Shown in pieces: positions 1 to 9,094 of a stretch of 24,000 nt of DNA. Position 1 is the first letter of the stretch, and each line of letters starts with the position of its first letter. Under the pieces are notes generated by a model. The model was given only the letters and a program-made list of their open reading frames with translations. It searched no databases and was not told where the DNA came from. The stretch is from the sequence record NC_041856.1; one strand, 5' to 3'. The DNA comes from Streptomyces phage phiCAM. The position numbers and the translations under genes are program-made.

Positions 1-1
1 A

Positions 2-586
2 CAGGCTGGACCCGAGGCTGGCATGGCTGCGGCTGAGGCTCTGGCCAACGCGGGCAAGGCGGGCGTCGACCAGGTCAACGCGCTGGAGAAGCAGCTCGCG
101 GAGGCCGCTGGCAAGGTCGGCAAGACCGCGTCGGAAGTCATGTTCGACAACGGCATCCACATGGCCGAAGGACTCGTCAAGGGTCTGGAGAAGCAGGCCA
201 GCGCGATCGAGAACCAGATGCTGAAGATCGCCAAGTCCATGACGGACGCGATCCGCAAGGCGCTGGGCATCAAGTCCCCCTCGCGGGTGATGGCAGCTCT
301 CGGTGTGTGGGTCGGCAAGGGCCTGGCCAAGGGCCTCGACAAGGGACGCTCTGCGGTCCTGTCGACCATGAAGGTCATGGCGCTCGACGTCTCTGACTAC
401 GACATCCAGCCGCCCTCAGTGGCTCAGCTCGACGTCTCGTCGGCGGTCGCTTCGGCGGTCGACGGCAACAGCGCGTCGGGCGGTGTCACGAAGGTACTCA
501 ACTACTACGCGGCTCCGGGCTCGTCCCTCAACTCTGAGGAAGACCTGTTCGCCGCGTCGAACCGAGCAAGGATGGTGGGCTGGTAA
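2..586 (+). CDS. Tape measure protein, C-terminal part (5' truncated by window)
   Basis: Frame open from base 2; Ala/Lys/Gly-rich helical sequence with IKSPSRVMAALGVWVGKGLAKGLDKG, typical of tape measure C-termini; directly upstream of tail tip genes. Confidence 0.8.
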   Translation, partial: QAGPEAGMAAAEALANAGKAGVDQVNALEKQLAEAAGKVGKTASEVMFDNGIHMAEGLVKGLEKQASAIENQMLKIAKSMTDAIRKALGIKSPSRVMAALGVWVGKGLAKGLDKGRSAVLSTMKVMALDVSDYDIQPPSVAQLDVSSAVASAVDGNSASGGVTKVLNYYAAPGSSLNSEEDLFAASNRARMVGW

Positions 587-588
587 CG

Positions 589-1443
589 ATGGCGAGACTC
601 CTCCTGGAGAACGCCCTGGACTCCTTGTCCCTCAACGGGGTCGAGGAAGTCGGCAGGGGGGTGCAGGCAACGACTGGCGTGACCGGTCTGGGCCTGCCTC
701 CCGTGTCGGTCCAGTGGCTGGAGGGTGCGGGTGACGGGGCTACGTTCCGTCGCTCTCGCACCCTCCCCCGAGACATTGACATCCCACTGGACATCGTGGG
801 TACGAACCGAGAAGACCTGAAGCGGATCACGTCCCGGCTGGCGAAGATGCTGGCCGGTCCGTGCACCCTTCGACTGATCGAGGACGACGGGACCGACTGG
901 TCCACCGAGGTCGTCCGCATCGGAGGTGGCGAGTACAGCTACGGCAACGACACCACCGGCAGCAAGGACGTCCAGACGGTGATCACGCTTCGCGCGGGCG
1001 ACCCGTACTGGACGTCCTCGGAGGCCACCACTCAGCAGATCGGCGGCACTACGGCTGGCCCGTTCATGTCCAGCTTCATGTCGATGCCTGTCGCCTCCTC
1101 GCAGGCGATGGGTGAGATCACCCTGGAGAACACGGGCGACGTTGCGGCGTACCCCGTCTGGACCATCTTCGGTCCGGGCGACAACTTCAAGGCGATCTCC
1201 CCCAAGGGCGAGACGCTGTGGTGGAAGGGCTCCCTCACGGCCAGCCAGAGCCTGATCGTGGACACGCAGAAGGGCACGGTGAAGCGCGAGGACGGCTCCA
1301 ATCAGTACGCCCTTCTCGCCGCCGCTCCTCGGTTCTGGGCGATCGACCCTGGCACTGCAACCTGCACGGCCAGCCTCCTCAACACCACGTCGGCATCGAA
1401 GATCACGGTGCAGTGGAAGCCCCGGAAGTGGATGGTGATCTGA
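589..1443 (+). CDS. Distal tail / minor tail protein (phage tail family, Dit-like)
   Basis: 284 aa ORF immediately after the tape measure; residues such as RSRTLPRDIDIPLDIVGTNREDLKRITSRLAKML and AGDPYWTS resemble Dit-type proteins of actinophages. Confidence 0.65.
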   Translation: MARLLLENALDSLSLNGVEEVGRGVQATTGVTGLGLPPVSVQWLEGAGDGATFRRSRTLPRDIDIPLDIVGTNREDLKRITSRLAKMLAGPCTLRLIEDDGTDWSTEVVRIGGGEYSYGNDTTGSKDVQTVITLRAGDPYWTSSEATTQQIGGTTAGPFMSSFMSMPVASSQAMGEITLENTGDVAAYPVWTIFGPGDNFKAISPKGETLWWKGSLTASQSLIVDTQKGTVKREDGSNQYALLAAAPRFWAIDPGTATCTASLLNTTSASKITVQWKPRKWMVI

Positions 1444-1447
1444 TCAA

Positions 1448-2665
1448 GTGAAGCTCCGCGACCTGACGGTCGAGGTGCGGGACAAGACGCTGAAGCGCGT
1501 CGGTGCCATCCGCCCCGAGGAGCTGGTGCTGGAGCTGGAAGACCAGTTCAACAACGTCGGAACCTGGAAGCTCACGCTGGCTGTCGAGCACCCGCTCACC
1601 GCAGCCCTGCGGACTCCAGGTTCCGGCGTTGTCATCACCGGCCCGACCGACATCCTGATGTCCGGCCCTACCGCGAAGCACGAATTCGCGGCCACGCCGG
1701 AAGACCCTGGTGGCTCAGTGGTCTTCGAGGGGATCAGCGACACCTGCGTCCTCTCGGACATGCTCGCGTTCCCCGACCCGACCAACGTCAACCCGACCAC
1801 GCAGACGCTCTCGCACGACGTCCGTACCGGACCTGCCGAGACGCTGCTCCACGCCTACGTCAACGCCAACCTGGGACCGGGCGCACCGGCAGCTCGACGC
1901 AAGGCTGGGCTCATCATGGGTGCCAACCTGGCGCGCGGCACGGTCATGACGAAGAAGGCGCGCTTCCCCGTCCTGGGCAACCTGCTCACTGACATCGCCG
2001 TCGTGGACGGCCTTGGCTTCCGAGTAGTGCAGCGCGACGCCAACCTCGTCTTCGAGACGTACCAGATCACCAACCGCGCGAGCTACATCCGGCTCGACGT
2101 CATGAACAACACCCTCGCCGGACAGCGAGTGGCCATCTCTCCCCCGGCTGCAACCCACGTCATCGTGGCTGGCCAGGGCGAGCAGGTCGACCGCACCTTC
2201 CGTGACGTCACGACCGCCGAATCCCTTGCGGCAGAGGCGGACTGGGGCAGGCGCATCGAGGTCTTCCAGGACCAGCGCGACCAGTCCGAGGACGCCGAGC
2301 TCGACCAGTCCGGCCTGGAGACCCTGGCCGAGAAGGGCTTCACTGCGGTCGCCGTCCAGGCGGTCCCCATGGAAGACACGACCATGACCTTCGGCACCGA
2401 CTGGGGTCTGGGCGACGTCGTCTCCGTAGTGGTCAACGACCAGGAGCTCGTCTCCACCGTCACCGGCATGATCCTGAAGGCGACCGACGAAGGCTTCAAG
2501 ATCGGCGTCGAGCTCGGTGACGCGACCGGCTTCAACGCAGCCGCTGCCTACGCGCAACGTGTGACCAACACCGAGACCCGCCTGAGTCAGTTGGAGCGCA
2601 ACAGTTCCGGTGGTGGTGGCGTCTCTGCTGATGACCAGATCCTTCGCATCATGGGAGTGTGGTGA
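1448..2665 (+). CDS. Minor tail protein, Siphovirus ReqiPepy6 Gp37-like family
   Basis: 405 aa, GTG start; N-terminus LRDLTVEVRDKTLKRVGAI..LELEDQFNNVGTWKLTL and position after Dit match Gp37-like tail proteins. Confidence 0.65.
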   Translation: MKLRDLTVEVRDKTLKRVGAIRPEELVLELEDQFNNVGTWKLTLAVEHPLTAALRTPGSGVVITGPTDILMSGPTAKHEFAATPEDPGGSVVFEGISDTCVLSDMLAFPDPTNVNPTTQTLSHDVRTGPAETLLHAYVNANLGPGAPAARRKAGLIMGANLARGTVMTKKARFPVLGNLLTDIAVVDGLGFRVVQRDANLVFETYQITNRASYIRLDVMNNTLAGQRVAISPPAATHVIVAGQGEQVDRTFRDVTTAESLAAEADWGRRIEVFQDQRDQSEDAELDQSGLETLAEKGFTAVAVQAVPMEDTTMTFGTDWGLGDVVSVVVNDQELVSTVTGMILKATDEGFKIGVELGDATGFNAAAAYAQRVTNTETRLSQLERNSSGGGGVSADDQILRIMGVW

Positions 2666-2668
2666 CAA

Positions 2669-2977
2669 GTGGCCAACGTGCCCAAGAAGTTCTTCCGGGG
2701 CGTGGCTTCAACCACGCTCACGTCCGTCTACACCGTGCCGTCCGGCACGACAGCGATCGTCACGAACATCGTCGTGGCCAACGTCAACACGACCGCCTCG
2801 ACCATCCTCATCAAGATGGGTGCGATCACGGTCATCCCGAACACGCCGGTCCCCGCGAACGGCATCTTCACCCTGGACATGACGCAGGTCATGGACATCG
2901 CCGGTCAGGCGATCGAAGTCCAGGGCAGCACGACCGGTCTCGGCGTGCACATCTGTGGAGTGGAGGTGGCTGCCTGA
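2669..2977 (+). CDS. Small minor tail protein
   Basis: 102 aa, GTG start 3 nt after the previous stop; beta-rich; stop overlaps next ATG. Confidence 0.55.
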   Translation: MANVPKKFFRGVASTTLTSVYTVPSGTTAIVTNIVVANVNTTASTILIKMGAITVIPNTPVPANGIFTLDMTQVMDIAGQAIEVQGSTTGLGVHICGVEVAA

Positions 2978-4920
2978 TGGGATTCAACGTAGTCCCCTCG
3001 CCCGAGGTCTCGGGCCTCACCGGAGCTCCCGGACCGCAGGGCCTGAAGGGCGACGTCGGCTCCTCGATCCTGACCGGCACCACGGTCCCGCTCAACACCA
3101 CTGGTGTTGACGGAGACTGGTACTTCATGGAGGACACCCGGACGTTCCTGGGTGTCACCTCCACCACGTTCACGATCTACAAGAAGGCGGCGGGCGCATG
3201 GTCCGTCGTCGGCAACACCCTTGGTGGATCGAAGTGGTACGTCAACACGGCCTCGACTTCGAGCACCGACACCAAGCCGGGCGACATGCTGCTCCGCACC
3301 GACACGGGCGACATCTGGCAGCGCAGCGCTTCCGGCTGGGGCTCGGCGATCGGCAACATCAAGGGGCCGCAGGGCATCCAGGGAATCCAGGGCATCCAAG
3401 GTGTCGCCGGTCCCCAGGGTCCTGAAGGACCGCAGGGCGTCGCTGGTCCGGCTGGTCCCGCAGGTGGTGTAGTCAGCGTCAACGGCAAGACCGACGTGGT
3501 CACCTTGTCGGCTGGCGATGTGGGTGCGATGCCGACCGGCGGTGGCGCGTTCACTGGGGACTTCAGCCTCAACGGCGCATCCGGTTCCTACCGGCAGTGG
3601 AGCCTCGATGTCGGCGGCGTGAAGCGATGGACGTTCCAGAAGGACGACGTCGCCGAGGATGGCCTGGGTGCTGGCTCCAACTTCCGCCTCTCGTCCCGCA
3701 ACGACGACGGCACCTTCAAGTCCACGATCATGTACGCCGATCGAGGAACAGGTCAGGTCGCCATCGGTACGACATCCCCGTACTCGAACACCAAGCTGAG
3801 CGCGGCGGGCGCGATCGGCATGAAGGACATCGGGTCCGACCCGACCACGACTGCGGGCGGCGTGGCCGTCTACTCCAAGGGCGGCAAGCTGTACGCCAAG
3901 GAGGGTGGAGGCGCGGTCACTCAGATCGTGAACAGCTCCCCCACCTTCGATGACTTCATGGTCATCAACGCCACCGCTGACACCAACTACGGCATCGTGG
4001 CGATGCGCAAGCTGAACAAGAAGCGCTGGATGTTCGCAGTGTCCGGTGCCTCGGAGACTGGCTCGGACACTGGCTCGAACTTCATGATCCAGAGCTACAC
4101 CGACGCCGAGGCCGACAAGACCGTGCACCTGTTCGGCGATCGAGCTACGGGCAACACGATCATCGGTGGCTCCACCGTCATGAACGGCGCTCGCCTCGCT
4201 GTGGCTGGCGGTGCACTCGGCATCGCCGACCAGGCGGCGAACCCGACGAGCTCCAGCCTCGGGTCGCACTTCTACTCCAAGGCCGGTAGGCCGTGGGTGC
4301 AGCGTGGCTCGGGCGCGTCGCCGGGTGGCGCGCTGGCGTTCGAGCTCCAGCCTCGCCCCGACGAGTTCCTGCCGGAAGACCTGGGACTGAAGGCGTGGAC
4401 CGGAGACCCGGCAGCCTGCGTCTCGACCGGCGCGTTCTGCGGCTCTGGCCCGCTGCGCATCGCGGCAGTGAACCTCCGCCAGGCGCAGTCGATCTCGAAG
4501 ATCGCGTGGCACTTCCTCGGGTACGCGGGCGGTCTCCAGACCGGCTCATGGGCTGCGGTGTTCAACACCAGCGGCACGCGCATGGCGTACACCAACGACA
4601 TCTCGACGGCTGGCAACGAGCCTGCCGAGCAGCACGGCTCAGGCGGAGGGACTTCCTTCGTGCCGCTGACTGCGACCTGGTCGGCGACGCCGGGCATCTA
4701 CTACATCGCCTGGCGCTTCATCTACAACACCACGACCGGCGATGGCCCGATGTGCCTTCAGTACGAGAACGCTGCGGGCGCTCCGCCCAACGTCTTCGGA
4801 CTCGGCACTCCGGTCAAGCGGTTCGGGTACTTCCCGTCCACCTCAGCCACACCGCCCACCTCGATCGCCGTGGCCAACATGGAGAACGGAGCGAACCGCT
4901 TCTGGGCGGCACTGGCGTAA
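2977..4920 (+). CDS. Collagen-like tail fibre / receptor-binding minor tail protein
   Basis: 647 aa from ATG 2977 (TGATG overlap with upstream stop). Two Gly-X-Y segments (GLTGAPGPQGLKGDVG; GPQGIQGIQGIQGVAGPQGPEGPQGVAGPAGPAGG) followed by VVSVNGKTDVVTLSAGDVGA and a beta-rich C-terminal domain. Confidence 0.85.
   Translation: MGFNVVPSPEVSGLTGAPGPQGLKGDVGSSILTGTTVPLNTTGVDGDWYFMEDTRTFLGVTSTTFTIYKKAAGAWSVVGNTLGGSKWYVNTASTSSTDTKPGDMLLRTDTGDIWQRSASGWGSAIGNIKGPQGIQGIQGIQGVAGPQGPEGPQGVAGPAGPAGGVVSVNGKTDVVTLSAGDVGAMPTGGGAFTGDFSLNGASGSYRQWSLDVGGVKRWTFQKDDVAEDGLGAGSNFRLSSRNDDGTFKSTIMYADRGTGQVAIGTTSPYSNTKLSAAGAIGMKDIGSDPTTTAGGVAVYSKGGKLYAKEGGGAVTQIVNSSPTFDDFMVINATADTNYGIVAMRKLNKKRWMFAVSGASETGSDTGSNFMIQSYTDAEADKTVHLFGDRATGNTIIGGSTVMNGARLAVAGGALGIADQAANPTSSSLGSHFYSKAGRPWVQRGSGASPGGALAFELQPRPDEFLPEDLGLKAWTGDPAACVSTGAFCGSGPLRIAAVNLRQAQSISKIAWHFLGYAGGLQTGSWAAVFNTSGTRMAYTNDISTAGNEPAEQHGSGGGTSFVPLTATWSATPGIYYIAWRFIYNTTTGDGPMCLQYENAAGAPPNVFGLGTPVKRFGYFPSTSATPPTSIAVANMENGANRFWAALA
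3364..3468 (+). repeat. Collagen-like Gly-X-Y coding repeat
   Basis: Tandem GPQGIQGIQGIQGVAGPQGPEGPQGVAGPAGPAGG codons read directly. Confidence 0.85.
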
Positions 4921-4947
4921 CCCCTTGTGACAGAAGGGAGTTCAACC

Positions 4948-5457
4948 ATGGGAGCAGGGCTCTACCCTCCCCCGAGTAACACCGGTTCGCCTCGCGGTGT
5001 GAAGTTCTTCGCGACCATCGGAAGCACGGCCTACGTCGGCGACACCGAGACGCGCGCCTACCTCGCCACCTGGAAGGCGGAGGCTGATCGCCTCTACCGC
5101 ATCACCATGAACGTCGGCAGTGTCGACACGGACGCCGTAGGCGATGTGACGTCCGGCAAGCCGTGGGCCAAGAACAGCGCGATCATCCGAGGCCGCTGGG
5201 CCTACGGCACCGACGCGACGGTTGCCAGCGCGGATGCGGGCTACATGCTGGCGACGGTGTTCGATGACGACTCGCAGTACAGCTCAGGCACGACGGCCAC
5301 CTGGCACCTTGGAGGTGCGACGGCTGGCGACGTCTCCTGGGCCATCACCATCAAGTCGTACAAGGCTGCGGCCACCTACGGCATGGTCCGCCTTCTGGCG
5401 ACGGGCGGCGCAAGCAACCTGTTCGTTGAGGACGTCGGCCCCTGGCCCATCCCGTAA
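4948..5457 (+). CDS. Putative virion-associated beta-rich protein with MGAGLYPPP N-terminus
   Basis: 169 aa, ATG preceded by AGAAGGGAG Shine-Dalgarno; lies between fibre genes. Confidence 0.6.
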   Translation: MGAGLYPPPSNTGSPRGVKFFATIGSTAYVGDTETRAYLATWKAEADRLYRITMNVGSVDTDAVGDVTSGKPWAKNSAIIRGRWAYGTDATVASADAGYMLATVFDDDSQYSSGTTATWHLGGATAGDVSWAITIKSYKAAATYGMVRLLATGGASNLFVEDVGPWPIP

Positions 5458-5505
5458 CCCACCCCTACTGAAGAACAGCGCAACCCGAAGGAGCCCTACC
5501 CCCAC

Positions 5506-5892
5506 ATGGGCGCAGCGATCTACCCACCCCCCGTAGCTCCCGTACCGACGCCGGTAACGCAGACGTCGGGAGTTACGGCTACGGCCAACTTCACGGTGAA
5601 CAACTGCTTCCTGACCAAGTTCAACGGTGTCGCAACCGTGAAGGCTGATCTCAGGATCGACGTCGCCATGAGCGCCGGAAGCTCAGCCCCGTACAACCTC
5701 GCCGACACGGTCATCTGCACCCTCCCGGACGGCTTCCGTCCGAGGGACACCATGACCGCCCTGTACTCCACCGGGTACGCGGACGGCGAGTGTGACATCA
5801 CCTGGAACGGCAACGTCACGATCCGCACCACCAACACGTTCGGCCTCTCGGTCGGCGAGACCATCCGGTTCTCCGCGACCTACGTGCTGTAA
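5506..5892 (+). CDS. Putative virion-associated beta-rich protein with MGAAIYPPP N-terminus
   Basis: 128 aa, ATG preceded by GAAGGAG; N-terminus resembles the preceding ORF. Confidence 0.6.
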   Translation: MGAAIYPPPVAPVPTPVTQTSGVTATANFTVNNCFLTKFNGVATVKADLRIDVAMSAGSSAPYNLADTVICTLPDGFRPRDTMTALYSTGYADGECDITWNGNVTIRTTNTFGLSVGETIRFSATYVL

Positions 5893-5907
5893 CCCACCCC
5901 GCACTTC

Positions 5908-5936
5908 AAGCCCCTGAGCCTTCTGGCCTGGGGCTT
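5908..5936 (+). terminator. Hairpin, possible intrinsic terminator
   Basis: AAGCCCC ... GGGGCTT (7 bp) with inner GCC-TTCT-GGC, followed by CTTC; intergenic. Confidence 0.6.
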
Positions 5937-5967
5937 CTTCCATGCCCACCAGGAAGGACCCCTCTCA

Positions 5968-7221
5968 GTGGCACAGACCTCCTACCCCTTCGACGCCCAG
6001 AGCGTCAACGAGTCCCAGTACAGCGCGTACTTCCGAGAGCTCCAGGACAACGGAGTCATCGGCTCCTCGGACAGCTCGACCCTGAAGGTCACGTCCGCTG
6101 GCACCAGCATGAACCTGTCCGTCGCGATCGGTGCAGCCATCGTGCGCGGCCACTTCTACAACAACGACTCGATCGCAACGCTGACCATTGCGGCTGCCGA
6201 CACGGCGGCTCGAACCGACCGCGTCGTCCTGCGCCTCGACCCGGCTGCGAACAGCATCGTCCTGGCCGTCATCAAGGGCACGGCTGGCGGCGGCACTCCC
6301 GCCCTGACCCAGACCGACACCGGCATCTACGAGCTGTGCCTGGCGAACATCGCGGTCGGCCCGAGCGTCACCTCGATCTCGGCTGCATCCGTCACCGACC
6401 AGCGTCGGTGGGTGGGCTCGCGCATCGGTTCCTGGAGCACGGCGCTTCGCCCCACCACCCCCCGCGTCGGACGCATGGGCTTCAACACCGACGTCCTCGC
6501 CTGGGAGTTCTGGAACGGCAGTGCGTGGACCGACCTCGCCCCGACCGTCGACTGGAACACGATCCAGGGCAAGCCTGCGACGTTCGCCCCGAGCACCCAC
6601 TCTCACACCGTGGCGTGGGCCGACATCACCGGCAAGCCGTCCTCGTTCAACCCTTCCGCCCACCTCACGTCGTGGGACGAGATCGTCAACGAGCCCGCTA
6701 CGTTCCCGCCGTCGACTCACTCGCACTCCTGGTCCTCGATCACCTCGAAGCCGACGACGTTCGCCCCGAGCACGCACTACCACTCCCAGTACCTGGAGTC
6801 TGGCGACACGATCTCCTGGGCCAACGGCTCGAAGAAGCCTCACGCCAACTCCGCCTCCGGTGCCGGTCCCTGGTACGCGGTGTGGGTCGAGGCTGACGGC
6901 ACCTTCTGCCGGAACACCTCCTCGATCAAGTTCAAGGAGAACGTCCGAGACAAGGAGCTCGACCCGGCTGACGTGCTCGCGCTGCGCCCGGTGGTCTACG
7001 ACCGCAAGCCGAAGGACGGCGAGACCGACGCCCGCAAGGACGAGTTCGGCCTGATCGCGGAGGAGGTCGCTGAGACCCTGCCCGAGATCGTCAACTACCT
7101 CGACGGCGAGGTGGATGGACTGCGCTACGACCTGCTCGGCGTCGCTCTCCTTGCCGTCGTCAAGGACCAGCAGGCTCGCATCGAGAAGCTGGAGAAGCTG
7201 GTCGAAGGGCTGGCTTCGTGA
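5968..7221 (+). CDS. Tail fibre with C-terminal S74-type intramolecular chaperone domain
   Basis: 417 aa GTG-start ORF; four ~20 aa W-x-x-I-x-x-x-P-x-x-F-x-P-S-x-H repeats; C-terminus SSIKFKENVRDKELDPADVLALRPVVYDRK...DEFGLIAEEVAETLPEIV with terminal coiled coil QQARIEKLEKLVEG. Confidence 0.8.
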   Translation: MAQTSYPFDAQSVNESQYSAYFRELQDNGVIGSSDSSTLKVTSAGTSMNLSVAIGAAIVRGHFYNNDSIATLTIAAADTAARTDRVVLRLDPAANSIVLAVIKGTAGGGTPALTQTDTGIYELCLANIAVGPSVTSISAASVTDQRRWVGSRIGSWSTALRPTTPRVGRMGFNTDVLAWEFWNGSAWTDLAPTVDWNTIQGKPATFAPSTHSHTVAWADITGKPSSFNPSAHLTSWDEIVNEPATFPPSTHSHSWSSITSKPTTFAPSTHYHSQYLESGDTISWANGSKKPHANSASGAGPWYAVWVEADGTFCRNTSSIKFKENVRDKELDPADVLALRPVVYDRKPKDGETDARKDEFGLIAEEVAETLPEIVNYLDGEVDGLRYDLLGVALLAVVKDQQARIEKLEKLVEGLAS

Positions 7222-7568
7222 CCACAGCAATGGAGCCCACCGTTCAGGTGGCGCTCGTCAGTACCGGAGGCACGATCCTTGTGACCCTCATTGGCGTGGT
7301 TGTCGAGATGCTTCGACGCAACCACAAGGCCCTGGTGGAGGTGCAGGAGAACGCCCAGGTCGCTCGCGACCAGGTGGCCAACTCTCACAGCACGAACCTC
7401 CGCGACGACATGGACCGCCTCCACGATGACGTCAGAGAAGTCCTCGACGTCCTGAGAACCCACGGTGCGGAGATCGGTGGCCTGCGGGCCGACCTGCGAC
7501 AGGAGCGCGTCGAGCGCCTGGCCGTCAGCGAACGGCTCGACCACCACCTCAGCATCACCGTCCAGTAA
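7218..7568 (+). CDS. Small membrane protein, DUF2746-like (possible holin or lysis accessory)
   Basis: 116 aa; N-terminal TM (VALVSTGGTILVTLIGVVVEML) followed by a long coiled coil; GTG overlaps fibre stop. Confidence 0.6.
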   Translation: MTTAMEPTVQVALVSTGGTILVTLIGVVVEMLRRNHKALVEVQENAQVARDQVANSHSTNLRDDMDRLHDDVREVLDVLRTHGAEIGGLRADLRQERVERLAVSERLDHHLSITVQ

Positions 7569-7576
7569 CACACCGC

Positions 7577-7613
7577 GCGAAGGCCCTGGCTCACGTCGAG
7601 TCGGGGCCTTCGC
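7577..7613 (+). terminator. Hairpin between the DUF2746-like gene and endolysin (terminator or attenuator)
   Basis: Perfect 10 bp stem GCGAAGGCCC / GGGCCTTCGC; no downstream T-tract. Confidence 0.45.
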
Positions 7614-7635
7614 CGTACCCAAGGAGGTACCACCC

Positions 7636-8460
7636 TTGTCCGTCAAGATCATCTCCCGTTCTGCGTGGGGCGCGAAGCCCTGGAACGGCACGCCGCACAG
7701 CGTCGACATCTCGAAGCGCACCGAGTTCTTCATCCACTACGACGGTGGTCACCCGGTCACTCGTACCGGCAACGCCATCATGAAGGCGATCGAGTCGGTT
7801 CACCTCGGACAGGGCTGGGCTGGCGTGGGCTACAACTTCGTGGTCGACCAGGAGGGCAACGCCTACGAGGGGCGCGGCTGGAACTACGTCGGCGCTCACT
7901 GCCCCAACCACAACACCTCGGGCATCGGCGTCCAGATCGCTGTCGGCGGCGACCAGGAGCCGAGCGAGAAGGCGCTGGCCACGGCCCGCGCGCTGTACGA
8001 CGAGGCGTGCAAGCGAGCTGGCAAGACCCTGGCCAAGAAGGGCCACAAGGACGGCTTCGCGACCGCCTGCCCCGGCCCCAAGCTGTACGCCTGGGTCAAG
8101 GCTGGGATGCCGGTCAAGGCTGCACCTGCCCCGGTCAAGCCCGCTCCCGCCAAGCCTGCCCCGGTGAAGCCGAAGCCTGCACCCAAGCCCACCCCCAAGC
8201 CGAACCCCATCTACCGGCTGAGCTCGGCGGTCAAGCCCGGTGCCACGCACGTCCAGGTGCGCGACATCCAGGAGCTCCTGATGAGGCTCGGCTACAAGAT
8301 CCCCGGTGCCCCGTCCAACTTCTACGGGAAGAACACCGAGGCCGCTGTCGCCCTGTGGCATGAGCGGAACCCGAAGTACAAGAACATCGGCCTGCGTCGG
8401 GACACCCGACTCGGCCCCTCGGGCTACATCGCCCTCCAGAAGCAGTGCGGTCGGCGATGA
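7636..8460 (+). CDS. Endolysin: N-acetylmuramoyl-L-alanine amidase (Amidase_2/PGRP) with peptidoglycan-binding domain
   Basis: TTG start at 7636 preceded by AAGGAGG (7621-7627). SRSAWGAKPW...FFIHYDGG...GVGYNFVVDQEGNAYEGRGWNYVGAHCPNHNTSGIGVQI...CPGPKLYAWV; Lys/Pro linker; C-terminal VRDIQELLMRLGYKIPG..FYGKNTEAAVALWHE. Confidence 0.88.
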   Translation: MSVKIISRSAWGAKPWNGTPHSVDISKRTEFFIHYDGGHPVTRTGNAIMKAIESVHLGQGWAGVGYNFVVDQEGNAYEGRGWNYVGAHCPNHNTSGIGVQIAVGGDQEPSEKALATARALYDEACKRAGKTLAKKGHKDGFATACPGPKLYAWVKAGMPVKAAPAPVKPAPAKPAPVKPKPAPKPTPKPNPIYRLSSAVKPGATHVQVRDIQELLMRLGYKIPGAPSNFYGKNTEAAVALWHERNPKYKNIGLRRDTRLGPSGYIALQKQCGRR

Positions 8461-8738
8461 CCGGCAGGCACCGCGCCCCCTTCAAGATCAGACAGGAGTC
8501 CTTCGTGGCCCTTCTCCTCCCCCTGCTCCCGGCCAAGGCCCGGCCCTACGCGAAGGCGATCCTCGCCCTCCTGGGCACGCTCGCCTCGGTCGCGACCCTG
8601 CTCTACGCCGATGACCCTCGCGTCGCGGCTGGCGTCCAGATCCTGACCGCGCTGGGTGTCTACGCTCAGCCCAACGGCTCGACCGGCGAGGACGAGTTCC
8701 CCGAGGCAGGACTCCCCGAGTCCGCCTACGAGGGCTGA
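8457..8738 (+). CDS. Holin-like membrane protein
   Basis: 93 aa, ATG overlaps endolysin stop; hydrophobic segments FVALLLPLLP and AILALLGTLASVATLLYA, charged C-terminus. Confidence 0.6.
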   Translation: MTGRHRAPFKIRQESFVALLLPLLPAKARPYAKAILALLGTLASVATLLYADDPRVAAGVQILTALGVYAQPNGSTGEDEFPEAGLPESAYEG

Positions 8739-8748
8739 CCCCGTAACG

Positions 8749-8790
8749 CAGAAGACCCCCACCAGCTACGTGCTGAGTGGGGGTCTTCTG
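8749..8790. terminator. Strong, probably bidirectional terminator at end of lysis cassette
   Basis: 14 bp perfect stem CAGAAGACCCCCAC / GTGGGGGTCTTCTG between convergent genes. Confidence 0.8.
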
Positions 8791-8803
8791 TCGTCTCTGT
8801 GCC

Positions 8804-9094
8804 TCATGAGGTGGAAGCCTTCAGTGCCTCGATCTCCTCCAGAGTCATGACCTTCGCGGTGCCGCGACGGCGAGGCGAGCTCGTCTTCTTGGTGGTGGTG
8901 CGCTTGGCGGGCGCTGCCTTCACCTTCACGCCGGTCTGGTCGACGTTGTAGAGCAGGGTCTCGATCGGGCCAGCGTGGTCCTTGCAGAGGTCCATCTCTG
9001 CTCGATCGCCGTCGCGAGTGATGGTGTAGCGGGTCGTCGCCTTGCCGACCTCGGTGGGGTCGATGTCGCAGACGGTGACCTGGATCTGTGCCAT
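8804..9094 (-). CDS. Lsr2-like protein (N-terminal-domain type with basic tail)
   Basis: 96 aa MAQIQVTVCDIDPTEVGKATTRYTITRDGDRAEMDLCKDHAGPIETLL... resembles the Lsr2 N-terminal dimerisation domain with a C..C..H variation, followed by AKRTTTKKTSSPRRRGTAK. Shine-Dalgarno GAAGGAG upstream. Confidence 0.55.
   Translation of the reverse strand: MAQIQVTVCDIDPTEVGKATTRYTITRDGDRAEMDLCKDHAGPIETLLYNVDQTGVKVKAAPAKRTTTKKTSSPRRRGTAKVMTLEEIEALKASTS

Noticed and set aside
1715-2668. 317-aa minus-strand ORF opposite the Gp37-like gene
   Set aside because: Same high-GC mirror effect; no start/Shine-Dalgarno context and no domain.
3364-3468. Short tandem repeats considered as a possible CRISPR array or mobile repeat
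   Set aside because: In-frame Gly-X-Y codons explain them fully; no spacer/repeat regularity.
2905-4512. 535-aa minus-strand ORF opposite the collagen-like fibre
   Set aside because: Low-complexity Arg/Ala/Val composition and opposite to a well-supported gene.
5965-7230. 421-aa minus-strand ORF opposite the S74 fibre
   Set aside because: Antisense artefact of GC-rich codon bias; the plus-strand frame has clear repeats and a chaperone domain.
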